Notes under the pieces: generated by a model | Told to the model about the DNA's origin: nothing | Seen by the model: only the letters and a program-made list of their open reading frames with translations | Databases searched by the model: none | Source: an uncultured delta proteobacterium | GTDB lineage: Bacteria; Desulfobacterota; Binatia; UBA9968 | Assembly: GCA_963727625.1 (NCBI GenBank) | Contig: CAVSHR010000005.1 | Span: 416,001 to 480,000, forward strand | Direction: 5' to 3' | Length of the DNA: 64,000 nt | Shown here: positions 62,483 to 64,000 of the stretch, in pieces | Position numbering within the stretch: the stretch's first letter is position 1 | Layout: every line of letters starts with the position of its first letter | Made by a program: the position numbers and the translations under genes

Positions 62483-63640
62483 TACATCCGCGTATAAATA
62501 AAGGGACATTATGGTTAACAAAAAGAGAGGAGAGATGGGCGGATCAGTTCTGGATAAGATTGCATTTCTCCGAAGACGCGGGCCAAGGTGGTGACGAGTT
62601 CGGCTTGGGTGGCAAAGTAGCGATTGTGGGTTCCGTTCTTTCGGGTGTATTGCCATAGTCGCTCGGTGGGGTTGAACTCCGGCGAGTAGGGTGGCAGTTG
62701 ATGCACCTCCAACCAGTGGCGGTTGGATCGGAACCAGTTCCAAACGCCGGCATCCTTGTGATACGAGGCGTTGTCTTGAATCAGAATCGCTCCACGGCGG
62801 CGGTAGTGGAGGGCCAGTTGATGGAGGAATGCCAAGTACGTGGAAGCATTGAAAACGGCATCTTGCTGGTAATGGAAGCGGGCCTGCCAGAGTTCGATGG
62901 CGGCGAGGATCTTGACGCTCTTACGCTCGCCAGTGACTGGGACCTGCGGCGGCCGGCCGATCCGACTCCAGGTGGCGTGCAGCGTGGAGTCCTGCCGGAA
63001 GCTCGCTTCGTCGGTGAAGATCAGCGCCCGGTTTTCTCTTTGGGCTTTTTTTTAAGGTTGGGATAGGTATGCCGGTGCCAGCGATCTTGCTGGCGAGCAT
63101 CGGCGCGCGCCAGCAGACGCCGGGGACGTTGCACGGAGAAGCCCAGACCATGGAGGAACTTGCGCACATGTCCGGGATGGTAAGTGACGCTGAACTCCTC
63201 TTCGATCACCCAAGCAATCATCGGCGAGGTCCACACTCCGCTGTCCAGTCCGTAGGCCACTGGGCCACTGTCGAGAATGTCGCCAAGTTGCTTTCGCTGC
63301 GGTTCGCTCAACTGCGGCGGACGCCCGGACCGATACCCCTCCAGAAGACCATCGACTCCGTATGCTTGATACCGCGACAACCACTCCGACACCTTGGAGC
63401 GCGGCGCTTTGAGAATCTCCGCCAACTCGCCGCTGGTCCGGCCTTCCGCATTCAACACCACGGCTTGCAGCCGCTTCGCCACCCGGTAAGCGCCAACTCG
63501 CTCTGCCTCCTTACTCAGGCGGACCAGCCGGCTAACGCTCTTGGGGTGCAACCGCAACAATCGAGCACGCATGGCATCTCCTCCTGTGAGGAGTATGCCA
63601 CAGAAAACATACTATGTCCCTTTATTTATACGCGGTAGTA
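62483..63640 (-). mobile_element. IS630-family insertion sequence (1158 bp)
   Basis: 27-bp TIRs TAC(AT/TA)CCGCGTATAAATAAAGGGACAT; TA duplication at 62481-62482 and 63641-63642. Confidence 0.95.
62515..63572 (-). CDS. IS630 transposase, two ORFs joined by a -1 frameshift
   Basis: orfA 63021-63572 (HTH, WTSP, LGFS.QRP); A8G at 63045-63053; orfB FTDEASF, QDNASYH, YSPEFNPTE (DDE). Confidence 0.92.
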
Positions 63641-64000
63641 TAGCATCGTATTTAAGCGCGAATTTTTTCACGCCCTGAAGGGCAATGTCGCATGCCGATT
63701 CAAACGCGTTGTCGGCGCCAAACCGATTTTTTGCCGTTGCAAAATCCAAATACTCGACGCCATGGTCACGGCAGAATTCGAAGTAGATGCCAGTACGACC
63801 TATTCCGCCGGGAGCACCCCAAGCATTTAATATTCGTATTTTGTCCCAGTCCGGCTCTTCGTTCGCCTGCTCAAGCACGAACGTCGTAATCAGGTTCTCG
63901 AACTGCCTTTTCAGTGACCGTGTGTTGAATGTCACGCCGATGAGCCAATCCCGGTGCTTTGCGTGCAAGTATGCGACCTTCAAAGCTAGGACGATTGTCT

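Larger units (their letters stand above)
61333..64000 (-). pseudogene. Superfamily-1 helicase interrupted by IS630 (5' end beyond the window)
   Basis: IVLALKVAYLH, TFNTRSL, YDA|ILVDEAQD, YDELQ, CYRN, RAKGNE, LFTAITRSK; removing the IS restores the frame. Confidence 0.9.

Overview
GC-rich bacterial chromosomal window. Gene content (many orphan NMT1/SsuA-type solute-binding proteins, UbiD, luciferase-like and F420-type oxidoreductases, bicupin, HpaB) resembles Candidatus Binatia/Deltaproteobacteria-like genomes; this is an inference. Main blocks: (1) 0.1-19 kb, redox/aromatic-catabolism genes, binding proteins and several gene relics; (2) 19.9-29.7 kb, a Rrf2-headed sulfate assimilation/siroheme cluster (sir, cysH, sirC, cobA, hemD, cysD, cysNC) with two matching operator-like sites; (3) 29.9-43.7 kb, hydrolases, S9 peptidase, HADs, argJ, SbcD-like nuclease and binding proteins; (4) 44.0-47.1 kb, an intact archaeal-type DNA topoisomerase VI (top6B-top6A); (5) 47-58 kb, cfa, tex, yccA-like, DUF3014, LLM and hpaB-like genes; (6) 58-64 kb, a defence-like island. 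That island holds a two-HKD phospholipase D gene behind a perfect palindrome, a divergent orphan copy of its C-terminal module bounded by repeated TGACCC motifs, and a helicase-DUF2290 pair split by an IS630 element just before the Walker B DE residues. No rRNA, tRNA or CRISPR array was seen. All family calls come from motif recognition by eye, not database searches.
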